Source: Myxococcota bacterium
Lineage (GTDB): Bacteria; Myxococcota_A; SURF-8
NCBI GenBank assembly: GCA_963674735.2
Contig: CAXXQS010000001.1
Coordinates: 320,001-384,000, forward strand
DNA length: 64,000 bases
Reading direction: 5' to 3'
The position numbers and the translations under genes are program-made. This document shows positions 63,588 to 64,000 of the stretch, piece after piece (positions within the stretch are counted from its first letter, which is position 1; every line of letters starts with the position of its first letter). The notes beneath the pieces are model-generated. The model did not search any database. It had not been told where the DNA came from and saw only the letters and a list, made by a program, of their open reading frames with translations.

Positions 63588-64000
63588 ATGTCCCTTTCCA
63601 GACGACGTTTTTGCCAGGCCGGTTTGACGACCTTGACCGCGGCGGGCTTGGCCTCACCGTTCTTAAGCGGCTGTGCAACCCTGCCGCGCCAGGCCCCGCG
63701 TATCCAAATCGACGACCTGCTGTCCCAGGGCGCGCGCGTGATGTGGGTGGCGGCGCATCCCGACGACGAATCGCTGGTGGGATCCATCATGGCCAAGTCG
63801 AGCCTGACCTACCACAACCCCCTCTATTTTCTCCTCCTGACGCATGGGGAAGGCGGGGAATGCTGTCGTCCGGAAGGCTGCGAACCCGATCTCGCCACGG
63901 TGCGCGCCGCCGAAATGCAGCAGGTGGCGGATCTTTACCGCGCCGAGTTGCAGATGGAGCGCTATTTCAATGCGTCGCTGCCGGTGGAGTCGTTCCCCAA
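63588..64000 (+). CDS. PIG-L/LmbE family deacetylase, Tat-exported lipoprotein (runs off the window end)
   Basis: Not in the ORF track. Manual translation MSLSRRRFCQAG...FLSGC...VAAHPDDES...LTHGEGG...VRAAE; AGGAGG RBS. Confidence 0.85.
   Translation, partial: MSLSRRRFCQAGLTTLTAAGLASPFLSGCATLPRQAPRIQIDDLLSQGARVMWVAAHPDDESLVGSIMAKSSLTYHNPLYFLLLTHGEGGECCRPEGCEPDLATVRAAEMQQVADLYRAELQMERYFNASLPVESFP

Overview
GC-rich bacterial chromosomal segment. MYXO-CTERM-like tails, Cys-rich and DGD-linker lipoproteins, CheX and sigma54 systems suggest a Myxococcota/Desulfobacterota-type (deltaproteobacterial) organism; this is an inference. About 45 CDS; I found no rRNA, intact tRNA, CRISPR array, transposase or integrase. 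In order: a divergent Crp/Fnr regulator and adenylate cyclase; a putative phosphate-scavenging block (propeller lipoprotein, purple acid phosphatase, porin, Na/Pi cotransporter); REC-HD-GYP plus sensor kinase; CAP and TPR proteins, nitrilase, RppH-like Nudix and a SpeE-like membrane protein; a CrbS/CbrA-type symporter-kinase; a PhoB-like regulator; asnS; REC-GGDEF; a very Cys-rich lipoprotein; yhbY, crotonase, GNAT, Slt and SRPBCC genes. From about 38.8 kb the genes are mostly redox/O2-related: three tandem ferritin-like (erythrin) genes, a Rieske/cytochrome b pair with no c1 followed by a CydA-cytochrome c fusion and a second CydA-like subunit, copZ/copA, a soluble Cys-PAS chemoreceptor, cheX-cheY-vWA/(PE)n, a Cys-PAS sigma54 activator facing a thiol-disulfide operon, an AT-rich AbiJ-like gene, 5'-nucleotidase, SOD and a Tat PIG-L protein. 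Non-coding highlights are a 177-bp MITE-like element with terminal inverted repeats, a 15-bp flanking duplication and an internal REP doublet (3 related copies), two further REP-like families, and a tmRNA-3'-like fragment at the edge of the AT-rich gene. The best candidates for undescribed systems are the erythrin/Rieske-b/bd-c operon and the cheX-cheY-vWA operon, whose cytoplasmic tail carries CheY-docking-like motifs. All calls come from motif reading by eye; no searches were run.
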